Origin: Geosiphon pyriformis uo1
Taxonomy: Eukaryota; Fungi; Glomeromycota
Assembly (NCBI GenBank): GCA_016748015.1
Contig: JAAOMT010000597.1
Location: 558,001-622,000 of the forward strand
Direction of reading: 5' to 3'
Length of the DNA: 64,000 nt
Below are positions 1-13,449 of the stretch, in pieces. Within the stretch, counting starts at the first letter, position 1. Each line of letters opens with the position of its first letter. Under the pieces are notes generated by a model. The model saw only the letters and a program-made list of their open reading frames with translations. It did not search any database and was not told the DNA's origin. Made by a program: the position numbers and the translations under genes.

Positions 1-109
1 GCCGGAACATTCTTTAATTCCTATTTGAAAATATGTTTAAACTATAAAAATTTGATAGCCTAAATTCCTTGTCAGTTTCCCAAATCGTTTTTCGTATTCT
101 TTCTTTATT

Positions 110-1130
110 AGTAGGCTAAAAGGTTTTTCGATTGCAAACGATTTCGTGGAATGACTATCTGCTCATAGAAGGTCGAAATGCAAAAAAGGATGAATATGAC
201 TACTTTCGAACTAAGATGAAAGAAACAACTACTCGATCAGAAGATATTCATGTGACATTAGATACTGAAACAGACAGTTAAAATATTCAGTCATCGGGTT
301 GGTCACTTGCCCTTTTGCCACTTTAGATTTTCAAGTCAGATAGTCAAAACAAATTCATCAAAAAACCTTTGGGACTTTAACCAGATGAACTTCATGCCCT
401 TCACTTCCAAATGTCCGCAGATAACTTGGACAAAAAATGATTGTTAATAACAGTTGTGAATGGAATTTTAAAACAAAATTTCCCAGTTCCAAAAATATTT
501 AGCGATCAACTTTGTAAAGGAAAGCCTAATTTTTTCCGTAACAACTTTTTCAAAAAAATAATTTTGAAAACCATGAACAATGAAAATCAACAAAGCTATA
601 ATTCCTAGTTAAAAATGATATTTTCCATTATTTGTTTATAATACCAAAAAAATTCACCCTTTATCTGAAATGAAACACAGGACTCTCATGACCCTCAAAA
701 TGCTTCCCAAATAACACAACTCCTTAAATGTCGTTTTTGATGGTCGACTCAACCTGAAATTTTGATTGTCTTGAATCAAAGTTCTTTCCTGTATGACATG
801 AATGATACTCCATTAGAAATCTTTCAGACTGTGTTGCTCAAACGCAACAGTCATTCTATGGAGAAATTCATTCTTTTACTGATCATCCTGAAAAAGTGAT
901 TGCCACCACTTATCCTCTTAACTTGCCTCAAAGTATAGAAAGATTTTTTGAATGTTTATAGTGTCTTATTGGCTGTAACTCACGAATGGTAACAAGAATT
1001 TCGAATCGTCAAAAAAGCTATGTAGAATGTTTGGTAAGAATTCTATCAGCCTTCGACAAATGATTGGGAAAGTTTAGAGAATTGGCAATGAGAACTCTGA
1101 GATAGTTATAAACTAAAAGTGCTACTGATC
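110..1130 (+). pseudogene. Possible decayed protein-coding sequence, product unknown
   Basis: Protein-like reading (..LKVFRLQTISWNDYLLIEGRNAKKDEYDYFRTKMKETTTRSEDIHV..) continues through scattered in-frame stops. It is GC- and CpG-richer than the neighbouring intergenic DNA. No family recognised. Confidence 0.25.
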
Positions 1131-3893
1131 AGTTGGCTCCATTCATATTTTTTCAAAATGATCCCCAAGATTACATCAGTCTTTCCTTGATGCAAAAAAA
1201 TTAAAGTTCTTTTCATCTTTTTATGGAATCGACAGCTTTCAAAGGGATCAAAAACTGTAAAGGTCTTGAAATGAAATTTCGCCTTCTTTTTTCAGTATTT
1301 ATCGGGTTTTAGATTGAGCTGCCTAAAAAATTTAAGTTCTATACTCTGTTTCGAATATTTGTACGCTTTCATCTCAACTTGCTACCCTTGCTTCTATACT
1401 ATCCGATACCTGCAATCGGTTCATATTTATGATGTGTTATTACAAGTCCTGGTCTTATTTCCATGATTGCGAAAACTTGAATCAAACATTTAAGGGTCAT
1501 TAGAACCTTTCAATGTGGAATTATGAGCTTTTCAGTAATGATTTTTATTATTCATTACGTTTTGTTCCTTTCGTCACCAACTGACTGATACTTTTATGAA
1601 TGCTTCCAATTAAGATCATTCTCAAGCTCGAAAATTACATTGTCAGCTTGGTATACAACTAAACGTATTAGGCCATCAAATTTTAATTAAAATAGAACAA
1701 AATTTTTAACATCTTCGAAATGTTACAGGAAAACAAATTTTAATGAACAACCGTGACTTTGAAAACTGGGTTGCTTTTTCCGTTTCTTTTGATACACTTT
1801 TAAGTATTAACAAACCATCCTTTTTTCAATTTAGTATTCAAAATTTTTTACCAAAATATAGTTATGATTCATATATTTGGAAGCAAAAAGTATTGATTCT
1901 TCAAGAGATTTGATTATAGGAAAAGAGTTTTAATCAATAACTTTTTTTTTGAAAATTTATTAATCATCTTTCACCTATATAGGTTTGCATAATGACAAAT
2001 ACGGCTCATGTTCACTTTTCGGAAAACAGCAAATGAAAATCTCTATCAAATTCGTACATTATTTGCTATTTGTATTTTAAATAGAAACCACAAATGTGTT
2101 TAAATGATTGAAAATGCTTTATTATTTTTCCAAAAACAATTAGTCATGTTCTTTAAAGTTAATATTTTCATTAAAATTATAGGGGCTATTGGAACAAAGT
2201 TTAAATTTAGTAACATAAGGTTTTCATTCGAAAAATACAAAATGGGTTTTAACTTTTTATATTAATTATCTAACAGGATTTTTTCATTTCATTTTTTAGG
2301 TAATTTAGATCCTGGATTGTTAAATTGAAATATTAATATAATTAAAAGTTTGATTGTTTAATAATTTGCTAGCCTAAAGATTTTACCCAATTCTTGTTAA
2401 AAAATTCAAAATCTAGATAATTTTAATATACTTCAAGTATTAAAAAAAACTGGCTCCTATGAGCAAAAATAGCTTATCATTTAATCTTTCAATTAAATTT
2501 TTATTGAGCAAACATTCTGGTAAATTCTTTTATGGTGGTAAAAAAAAATAATGAAAACCAATATAATTAAATGACCATTAAAGAATATTATTTTTAAATA
2601 TGTAAGTTTTTTAATGAAATTCTCATGAATGAAAAGCTTACTATTTTAAGAAAGTCGCCCTTAAATTCTAAAATAACAATAAATTTCTTTGTAATTTATT
2701 AGAATATGATTATTAATCTAATATGTTGCGAATATCGATTTTTTTCTCCGTTTTAAGCCATTTCCCGGATGACGAATGATTAACCGCAGTAATAAAATTC
2801 TGCTGGGAAAATTACGTTGCTCGTATCCCATGACAGTATACTTCGCATATTACAAATGAATTTGAGGGATAAACCTGCACTAAAAGTCACTATCATAATT
2901 AAGAACAAAGCTTTTTATTGTCTCTAGCCATGAAGGTGTGTTGTCATGAGAAATTAATTTAAAATGTCCCAGGTTAAATTTTTCGAAAAAAAAGCTGCGC
3001 ATAAACAAAGCAAATTTATACCGAGCATTGGGGCTTCAATAAAGCAAGTTATATTATACTTTGTCAAAGTAAATTTTAAAACTTTGAGAAGCTTAGGAAC
3101 TTTGGAAAGCCAGAACAAATTTTATTCGTATTGATTTTTATTTATAAAAGGAAATATTTGAATCCATGGAATCTAACAAGTGGAAATTTGGTGTGGACTA
3201 TTAATGCCTGGAGTACAATTCAAATAAACTCAATTTGGGAATGCCCTCTTGGATCAAAATATCCTGTTTTAATAGATTAAATCACAAGTTTTTAGTATAA
3301 ATTTAAGCTACGGAATTCCTGAAAAACTTAATCTAATTCTAAAACCTGTTCTTTAAATTAATTCTTTTAAGGGTACATTTATTTGCGGGATTTTTGTGAA
3401 AATCTCTTGATATTTTTAGAAAACAGAGTTTCCTTCATTGAAATATTTATGTTGAAAAGTGCCAAGAAATGATGTGAAATCAAAATTTATCCCTAATTTT
3501 AAATGGGTGCATTTTCACTGCTGCCTAAATAATCGTTTGATAACCTTTTTACTTTAAAAAAGTTACACCCACTTTTCTGCTTTGCCACACATAATAAAAA
3601 TCAGTATCAACTTTTAAACCCTCCAATCAAGAATTCTGTATACCCCCATTTTATTATGATCAAAGCTTTTGCAGCAACACAACATTATCCAATCTTTGCT
3701 GGTAATACAGCATATATGGAAGCTTTAAAATAGATCTATAAAGAGGCAAACCGAAAAAAATTACTAATTGCCTCTTCAATCGAGGTTAAAACAGTTTTTT
3801 GGTGAAATTAGGATTGAAGAGAAATCTCAGAAAATAATCGAAATCAAAAATCTAATTCATTTATGAGAATCAATTTTATTTCTAGTTCAACTA

Positions 3894-6800
3894 ATGGAAG
3901 AAATAATCCAAACACCCACGTCATTATTATTTGACATCCAAATTGATCCACCCGAAGTTAAACGGAAGACACAATTCGAGGACAGTTCAAAAAATGTATC
4001 ATTTAATCCTTGTTTATTGCAAATTGGCTTGACAGAAAAGTCAAGGGACACCGTTTCTTATAATCCTTGTTTAATGGCGATAAGTCCTAATGGGCAGCTA
4101 TTGGCTACCTTGGATGGAGGTAAGAGCAAATTCTTTTGGAATTGATAATTCGGTCCCACTTAGTAGTTTCTCTGATTTTCTTTCTTTCATCACCTTAGAG
4201 AATCATACATTATCATATTGGGAAATTGATGAAAATCGTAAACTCAAAAAAATAAATTCTTTTATCGTGAGGCAGGATATTGGTACTTTTACCGGGAATC
4301 TACGTTGGTCTTTAGCTGTCTCAGATATTGATGATAGCCGCAGATTTTTCACGGTTCTTTCTTGGTATTCTCTCAACGAAGAACAATCTCCAGTAAACAT
4401 AATAAGCAATGATTTGAACGATTCATTTAACAATCAAGAGCTTGTGGAAAAATATAAACATTTTGGAGAGATTTATCCAGAATCAACTAGTTTTTTTCGA
4501 TCCGATGACACTAAAACATATAGTTTCCCTTTTGCTGGTGTGGTAAAGTTTATTGAACAATCTGAAATTGTGCTTTTAAAAATAGACGGATTTCTTTTCT
4601 TTAATTTGGAACGACGACGTCAGTCTGACCGGACTGAATCAGAAAATTTACCGAAACCTCGAAGCATTTTAAAATCATTATACACGAGAATGGTTCCTCC
4701 AAGCGTAGATATACGTGAATCAGCAAAGCATGAATATCCGTCTGCAATGGAAAGTCGACTTCATAGGACTTCTGGACAAGATGCTTACAAGATTTTACAA
4801 AACTGTATCCATCAAGACTATTTGTTTTCAGTTGACGGGAACAACAATATTGAACTTTATTCTTTGAAGACTGGAGACATGGAACTTTTGTTACACACTA
4901 AAAAAGATTTGAATAATCTACCCGACAAATTGCCAACCTTTTCCATTGCAAAAAATCGAAAATTTGTCGCAGCCTCTCTGGGAAATAACACTGTAACAAT
5001 TTATTTAATGGAAAATAGTTTAGAAGTAGCAACTCATTCATGCAAATTTGATGACGGTCTAGAATTCTCCATTATTTTTGTTGGATTCTTTGATAACGAT
5101 CACAAATTAGCAATATTTTTACAACAACAATTAAACGATAAACAAAGGGATATACATAATCTCGGACAAAAGCTTTGTATTTGGGATCTCTCAGAGAAAG
5201 GCGGAATTGAGACGCGTTATTTTAATTACCAAGAAGCAATAGATGGGCTGTTCCAAAATGGTTCATTTTGTCCCTTTGTCGGCTCTAATGGATTTATATT
5301 TTCTAGTGATACAGCGAAATAATTTCAATCGAAGAGAAAGTTGATTTCTTTCTTAATAATATATTTCGTACTCGTTTCCCGCGAAGATTAACAACGATTG
5401 ATAGTGCTGGTGAGAGTAATCATTTAGATGAGAACACCAAGTTTCAACTTCAAGACTATGAGCCATGGAATAATTCACATGATGTTATAAATTCATCAGT
5501 CTTTCTTGATAAAGACAGGACTCGACAATTGGTGGTTGGTCGACATACAATTCAAATACGCCGGGTTTCACATCTACATAAATATCCAGGTAAATTAGAA
5601 TATATCTGGGTAGTTTCGAAGGAAATTTCAACTGAAATTGGTCCAAATATCATAAGTTGCATTATACCAGAAGAAGCGTCACCCTCAAGTATACGACTTC
5701 ATTTGGGTTATGAGAAAGAGAGCCCATATTTTATATTATTGAATCGTGGAGCTGTCACAGTGCCCCTACCCCCAAGTGCAGTTACAGTAATCGATTGCGT
5801 AATTGCACTTAGAATTCTTAAATTAAAAAGAAATCTTAATTTAGCACCACCAAAACGTCAAAAGCTCGAAAAATTGATCAGTGATACGGTAGAAATTATA
5901 CAGGACTTTGTTAATTCGGCCTGGGAGAATCCTAATTCATATCGATTATTGGATGTGCATTATCAATTAACGGCAAAGATGATTGAAGCAGACTGTAATG
6001 ATTTGGTTAAGAAAATTCTAAATTACAAAGACAGTGAAAAAAAGAATCGATACTTGCATATTCCTCAATTTTTCGATCGTGTGATATTTTTACCTATTTA
6101 TTGGCTTTTCGAAAAATCGGTCACCCTTCAAAAAAATGTTCTTCTTGTCGCACTTGAAAATAATAATTTCGCGGCTATAAAATACCTATTGGATTATTAC
6201 GCCGAAAACGCCTTTGATAATATTGGATGGATGAACACTATCACTCCAGTTTTGCCATCAATACAAAGAGCATTTCCAGGTTTGGTATAATCCTTGTTCA
6301 AAACCTTCATCCCAATTTTAACTAATAGAAAATCAAATTCTTTTTATTTCAAAAACTAGATTTGGTTACTCGACTATTTTCTCAAAATGTATTTGGTATT
6401 AAGCCAATTCATTTGGATAAATCTCATTTAGGTGTCATTCAACTTGAACCTCCAAGTGGAAAGGAAATAAAAGCTTTCACAATCGATACTAATATCTTTC
6501 GAAGGAGAAACACCTTTCAAAAACTAGAAACTCATCGCTTATTAGAGAAAGGCTCGATTAATTTTAGGTAGAAACATAATATTATTTTTAATTATTTAAT
6601 GAATAACTTGGCTAATTTAATTATAAATTTTATTTAGCATGGTTCCTTTGCCTGGTTTTATTTTGAAGCCGAAAATGTCGGGATTTTCTTTTGGTGTTTT
6701 CCAACTTTTAGCGGATATTTTTCACATGGATCCTTTTGGTCTCCGAAACAGTCCTTTTTACGAGCTAATTCTTCATGATCATAAAGGGGAAATTTTCGAA

Positions 6801-8428
6801 AACCCAGCTATGGATGCCGTGATCGATTTTCAATGGCGACGTAGAACTACATGGCTCTTTTTCTTAAAATCTGCCTTATATTGGATTTATCTTATTTCTT
6901 TCATGTTCTGGTCTATCCTATTTTTAAAGTACACGGTTCATCAATACGACAATGAAAGACTTATTTCCGGGATCGCAAGATTCAATTTAAATATTTCTTT
7001 ATTTATGCTGCTCTTGGAGTTAAGACGCCTTTTTCGGCTACGACATCGATACTTTCAAACGATTTATGGATGGTTCGATCTAACTTCTTGCGGATTGCCA
7101 TTCGCTATTTCAATTCACGTTATCTCGCTTGGTAAAATTGAGTGCAGTAAATCTGCTTGCACAAATGAAGTAATTTTATTTTCGTTCACATGTTTCATTT
7201 TGTCTATACAATTGGTGAGTGATAATAATAATAATAATAATAATAAATTTCTTTAATTTTAAAATGAAGACTAATACTAAAAACTTTCTTAAATTCGCAC
7301 TTTTAGTTCCTGCGCATTAGGTTTATACCAAGTAAGTGGAACATAAAATGGTTTTAAGTTAAAAAAATTTTAATGTTCCTAATAATTTCTTTATTCTTTT
7401 CAGAAATCGGAGAATATATTTTCATTATAATTAATATAGTGGGGAAAGTGTTTTGGTTTTTAGTATCGCAAGTTTTTATTGCAGCGGCGTTTGCGTTTTC
7501 AATGCAAGTATAAGATAAATTATCGCTAATATTTTATTTCCAATATTTATTTGATTAAAAAATTAACTTTTGCATATTTGTATTTTCTAGGTATATATTA
7601 CTTCATTTCTCACCTCAACTTGGCCTTGAGCCCTCAGGGACCACATTTAATACTACTCCTGATAGTCAATACAATTTTACATTAGCACAAAAAATTGATA
7701 CAAAAGATTATATAGATAATTATTATTATAAACTTTGGAAATCCATTGAAGCAGTTTTCTTTTGGACAAATGGAAGATGGGATCAATTAGAACAATGGAA
7801 TTTCTGGCCAGTTGATGTGCTAACGGTGTTAGCTAGCATATTTCTTGTTATTATTATGCAAAATATGCTGATCGCACTTATGTCGTAAGTGGGGCTTTAG
7901 AATAATGCTGTTTCGAAATATTTATGTTTTGCTTTCTGACCAGCAGTTTCATTTATTAAAAAAAAAAATAGGAGTGTATTTGAGTCAGCTAGACGAAGAA
8001 GTCGTCGAGGCCTCCTACAAACACGTACACGAATGATAATGGAAGCCGAGGAAATAGAAGAAGTTCTAATATTTTTTGTTCGAGCTTTCAAACGGCTTCT
8101 ATTCTTTTTCGGATGGCATAATCTCACCCCAAATAAACGAGATATCGACCTACGTCAGATTTATTATGCAGCCAATAAAAAAACGATATCTAAATGGTTT
8201 GAAAGTAACAACAATCCAAGTGTCAAAAAAATTATTGAGGTGAACAATCGAATTGAGGAATTCCAAGCGGCAACAAATATAGGCATCAGGAATGTATATG
8301 CGAGTCTAGACGAAGTCAGGAATTATAGTTCGGAAAAATTGGAAGATCTGGATAAAAGAATAGAAAACATGGAGAAAAATATTTTAGAGATCCTTAAAAG
8401 TGTCAAGGGCGAAATATCTAATGGGTAA
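3894..8428 (+). CDS. TRP-like (ion transport) cation channel with N-terminal beta-propeller-like region; 8 exons; one apparent frameshift near 5310
   Basis: Phase-compatible exons: 3894-4119, 4199-6279, 6360-6567, 6638-7214, 7307-7331, 7404-7503, 7591-7884, 7972-8428. The spliced product has WD-like motifs (MAISPNGQLLATLD, FSIAKNRKFVAAS), VPLPGF, pre-S1 IFENPAMDAVIDFQW and multiple TM helices. It also has a pore/S6 region SIEAVFFWTNGRWDQ...IFLVIIMQNMLIALMS and a C-terminal coiled coil (KLEDLDKRIENMEKNI). Confidence 0.85.
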
Positions 8429-9444
8429 ACCTTTTAAATATTTAATCACATGAACCCTTATCGAAAAGAATTTAACGGTATACTGAAATGTTTAATAATA
8501 GTTTGTAATAATATAATAATTTTTATTCAAAAATACTTAATCTTATAATTTTAAAAGATTTCTTCTTGTAATAATACACGATATCATTAAAATTTACGCT
8601 TCAATTAATAGGACAAAGTATTTAAAGAAAGTAATAAATAAGTTATTAACGTTAAAAATCTTAAATACCCGATATATATACTTTACTTTACCGATCAAAT
8701 TGACAAATTAATGGATAGAATATGAAGGGAGCAGAATAAATGTTTTAAAGTTTTAATAAAGGAAATAAATTTCAAAAGTATTAAAATTAATAAAAAAAGG
8801 GATCTGAGATAAAAAAAATTGTTGAATTTAAATTACAAAATTAATATAATTTAATACCTCAGCTGGTAAACTTAGAATTCATTTAAACAAAAATCGTTTT
8901 TAAAAGTGAATTACAAGAGTAGCTTTCTATAAATTTTAAGTTAATTTAAAAACGCAAAAGAAAAAAAAGGAAAAATTAAGTTTCAATTGCTAAAATTGAT
9001 GACTTTTTTCTAAAAATATGGTGTTAATTTATAGATAAGATAGATATAAAAATTAAATAGAAAATTAAAAGTGATAGGATTTCAAGTTTAGTACAAAAAA
9101 TTCAATTGGTATACACATCAAAAATATCAGAAGTGGAATCAAAAAATATTTCTGATTTTTTTATTTATATATTTTCTCTTACATAACTAGAAAATTAGAA
9201 AACTTGAATTAAATTATTTAATTATATGTAATTAATTTCTACAAAGGATGAAAATAAAAATCTCTATAAACGATTTCAAATTAAAAAAAAAAAAAAGGAA
9301 AACTTAAAGGGTTTAATATTAGAAGTTTTTTTTACCTTCTAAAGAAAAGTTTTTAGAATTCTTTTTCTTCTTAAGCACCTTCCTTCCATCTAATATCCAA
9401 ACCACCATATACAAGTTTATTTTTTACCAGCTCAATAAACCACT

Positions 9445-10044
9445 TCAAATCTTTACTTTTACCCGTCTATAAATTTTTATAGCCTGATGCACATCTTTCT
9501 CAATACCATCACCCTCATGATAACACATCGCTAATCTACACTCAGCATGTAAAGCATCTCCTTTCATAGCACGCTTATAAAATTCAGCCGCAAGTTTCCG
9601 ATTTTTTACTATGCCAGCTATACCATCAAACAATAAATCTCCATAACTTTCTTGAGCTAGAGAGTAGCCATTGGCGGCCGATCTCTTGCACCATTCCGTG
9701 CCTAATTTTCTATTTTTTGCTGTACATATCCCTGATGTATGAAAGATTGAGAGCCTATGTTGTGCAAATTGATCATTAAAATTTTCACCAGCAATTGTGT
9801 AGTATTTAAACGCCATTTCAAGATTTTTTGTCGTTCCGAATGGGCATTCGTAGCAGAATGCTAAAAGGGATGAAAATTGTGGGTTCGTATTTTTAGTGAT
9901 TTGTTGGATAATAGTGAATAGTTTAGATGAGGTTATTTGATGAAATTTGCTATAGATTTCGAGACATGTGATAAGATTTTTATCTCCCATTCCAGGGTTT
10001 TGAATTGATTTGAATGATTGTAGAAGAATATTAAGCGATTCCAT
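9445..10044 (-). CDS. Sel1-like repeat (SLR) protein
   Basis: Intronless 199-aa ORF with four Sel1-type repeats (LAFCYECPFGTTKNLEMAFKYY; AQESYGDLLFDGIAGIVKNRKLAAEFY; AECRLAMCYHEGDGIEKDVHQAIKIY). Confidence 0.85.
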   Translation of the reverse strand: MESLNILLQSFKSIQNPGMGDKNLITCLEIYSKFHQITSSKLFTIIQQITKNTNPQFSSLLAFCYECPFGTTKNLEMAFKYYTIAGENFNDQFAQHRLSIFHTSGICTAKNRKLGTEWCKRSAANGYSLAQESYGDLLFDGIAGIVKNRKLAAEFYKRAMKGDALHAECRLAMCYHEGDGIEKDVHQAIKIYRRVKVKI

Positions 10045-11563
10045 CTTTATTTTACACTTTTCCCTGCTAAGTGGGTTTTCGTCAAAAAAACACAGTAATT
10101 AATCAAATTTGGATGGGTTTTTGGTGTAACGCATGCGTCTTGCACTACTTTATGTAATAAGAACTGCATAGGAAATATACGAAATATACGTTGAATTTGT
10201 GACCAAATCTTGCCTGTTGTGATCTATTTGATTTCAGGGGTTGAAAAAGTCAATTCTAAGATATTTAGTAAAAATAATAAAAAATGGGAATGTTGAGGTG
10301 AAAAAATATTATATTATCATTAAGTTTTTTTGGTCTTAAAATTTTATAATTGCTGGCTTTTTTAATTATTAATAATTATTGAATCAAATCCAAGTTTAAA
10401 AATTTCGGTTTGATTCAATTGGTCTCTAAATTCAGCACAAATAAACTTGGCAGAAGTTTTATAGGGATTGACTATTTAATATGTAAAAAAAAAAGCTAAA
10501 AACAAAACTTTATTTCATAAGCTTATTTTTCATAGGTTTTGCTAAAGTTTTACAAAATAACTCAATAAATTTTCTCTTAAACTGTTTATTTGTAAATAAT
10601 AAAAGAAAGAGAACTTGTGTTAAATTTTTAGTTTTCTATAAATTTCTTTTATTGAAATATTTAAAAAAGTTTTTTACTTAATAATAACTTTTTCCAATAT
10701 GAAATTAATAATTGTGATTCAGTTTTTGATTAAAAATTTTGTTTACATATTATAAATTACGATTGCTTTTTTTCAAATTTTGTATGTTTTTACAATAATT
10801 TTTGTTATTTATAATTTTTCGCCAAACAAAAACTTTTGTTAAAATAAGGTTTGATGTTTTTTTTGGATTTCGTTGTCTTTTTAAAATAATATAAGATTTA
10901 ATTTATGGTCAAAAGTATTAAGTATAAACAATAAAAAAAATTATACGTCAATTTGTTTTAAAATTGGTAGTCATTAGTTATTTTAAAGTTTTAAAAAAAT
11001 TTTTAATAAGTATTTCAGGAATAAATAATGATTCTTTTTTAAAAATTGGTTTAACAAATATGGCATTTTAAAACTTTGTTACGAATTTTAAATAATAAAA
11101 GATCAAATTGCTTAAGCTATTATATTTTTTCAAATTTATTTAATTTCAAAAAAAATTTGATTTAAAGTTCAATATTTTATTGAAAGGCAAAATTTATAAA
11201 TATTAATCACAAATTTCTTATGTTATTTAAATTTATTTGCTTAAAAAATTTAATATTGCTTTTATAAAACAGTTTAAATTATTATAATTAATATTTTAAT
11301 TAAAAAAAATTTTTTTATTAGAAAAAATCTGATCCAAAAATTTAATTTTTTTATAATTTAATATAATAATAAAATTTATAAAAACAACTAATTTAAATAA
11401 TAAAATATTATGTTTATTATTTTTGTTATTTTATAAAATATATTTAGCATAAACTTCTTTTTCTCTTACTTCCAAAACCCTCAAAAAGACACATTTCTGA
11501 AAAAAAAGTTTTCTGTTTTTTCTTGTCGAATCTTTTAACATTTCTTTAAATAATTCTTTTGTC

Positions 11564-13449
11564 GTGGATTTGAAGACTGCTTCAAGCAGTAATATGTCCA
11601 AAAAGAAGGCGCCCAAAGGTGTTTTCCATGGTCTTGCTAGTGGTTCTTTTGCTCAGAAAAAAAAAGTGGTTCTTGGGAATGTTAAACACTCTGGTGATGA
11701 GAAGGATATCTCTTTGAGTAAATCTGGGCCTGGTAATAGTGTATATTCTGATGTGGATAGTATGTTTAGTGATGATGAGAATGTTGGTATGACTGGTATA
11801 AATGAGAGATTTCTGCTGGGCTCAATTGCCACTATTCTCAAGGCGAAATGTGTTAATACTGGTACAATATTTGGCTCTCTGCTTGGCTCTCCTAATTTCA
11901 CTATGGATGATGATAAAATTGTGCTTTCTTCTCACTTGCTTATTTCTTTGGAAAAAAAGTGGATCAATCCAAAAATTATTAAGACTTCTGTGGAAGTATC
12001 AATCAAGAAATCATTTGCATTGGATATTAATCTTTTAGCTGTGAAAGGTAATTCAACAACAGCAAAGACCCAGCTAATTAGAAAAATTTTTTCTTCAGTT
12101 AATGGTTTTGAGAGGACCACTACCTCCTCAAAATTTGAAGGAATCATCTGATTTACCTTCACTTCTGAAGAGAGCATGAAAAAGACTGCATCATTGGCCA
12201 GGAAAAATAGAATTATTGTAAACACCAATCTCAAAAAACAAGGAGTGTGCTCAGATTAGGCCATAGTCATCAAAGAAATTCTCATGGATACACCAAAAGA
12301 GATGATTATCGCTGCAGTATCTACATTTGGAAAAATTAAATCTATTAGGATTCAGTTGATCGGCATGTGGCAGAAGCTGTGATGGAGTTTGCTGAATTGA
12401 GTCAAGCTGATTTGTTGCCCTCAAAGTAGTCATTCTTAATTGGGAAAGATTCAATGCATATGGCCAAAACCGTGGGAGATCGGGATATTTGGGCATCTAG
12501 AAATTGCTTCAAGGCACTGTTGTTTACTTTGCCGGTGAGAACAACTGCACACGATCTTGGTACTCTTTTGGATAGGGTTGGTGAGAGGTCTTGTATCATC
12601 AATCGATTATTTGAAACTGGCAATAGGGTTTGTTGTGCTGTGGTTGGCTTTAAATCTGAGGGGGATTTGGATTTTGCCTTTCATACTGAGCCTATTTTTG
12701 GTCATGTGCGACTCTCATGGGCTAGGTTGGATTTGGTTAAATGTGAAGAATGTGGGTGTTTTGGTCATTTGACTCTTGAGTGTGATGCCTCAGATGCATC
12801 TACTCCTAAGCCTTCTGTTTCTTTTAAAAGACCTGTCTCTAGTGCAAATTGCTTTTAACTGGCTAAGTTGTATACTAAAAAAAATGTTCCTATCTCTCGT
12901 CTGGCTGCCTTTGGTGGTAAGTCTTGGGCTCAAGTTGTCTCTGATGTGTTATCCTCTGGCCACCCACTTTTTGACTCTGGTCTTGGCTCTGGTTCCTTTC
13001 CTTTTGGTGTCTTTGGTTTGGGTGGTGCTGCTCCTCTTTCGTCTGTTGATATTTCTTTCTTGGAAGAACATTTGGCATCTTTAAAACACTCTCTTGAGCT
13101 GTTGGCTGACCAAGTTTCTGGTATAGTAAAGAGGTTGAGCTTTGTTGAACTAGTGCCTTTGGTGCCATCCTCTCTTGGTTCCCCTATTGCTGCTGCTGCA
13201 TTTAAGAATTCAATGCTGGATTTGGATATGGCTTTGAACAGTGCTTCAGTACTGAGTGCTTCTTGTCTTTCTCTTGTGGTTGATGGTGCACATAATCTTA
13301 GTTCAAGCAGCTCCAAGGTTCTCACCAGCAAAGTTGGTGGTCTAGAGACTAAGTTGGCTTCATTGAAAGCTTCTATTGGTTTAGTGTTGGCTAGATTAGA
13401 TCTTTTATGTTCTGGTTTGAGTTCTCTGTCATCTTCTGTGCCCCAATGA
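11564..13449 (+). pseudogene. LINE copy 1 ORF1 (RRM-like region + CX2CX4HX4C knuckle)
   Basis: ORF pieces 11564-12151, 12454-12858 and 12868-13449. Knuckle CEECGCFGHLTLEC. Homologous to ORF1 of the other copies. Confidence 0.88.

Noticed and set aside
7222-7246. NNNNNNN tract at the end of ORF 6639-7256
   Set aside because: It is an intronic (TAA)n microsatellite downstream of the GTGAGT donor at 7215.
11420-11450. TSDs for LINE copies 1 and 3
   Set aside because: Only short AT-only matches were found, which cannot be distinguished from chance.
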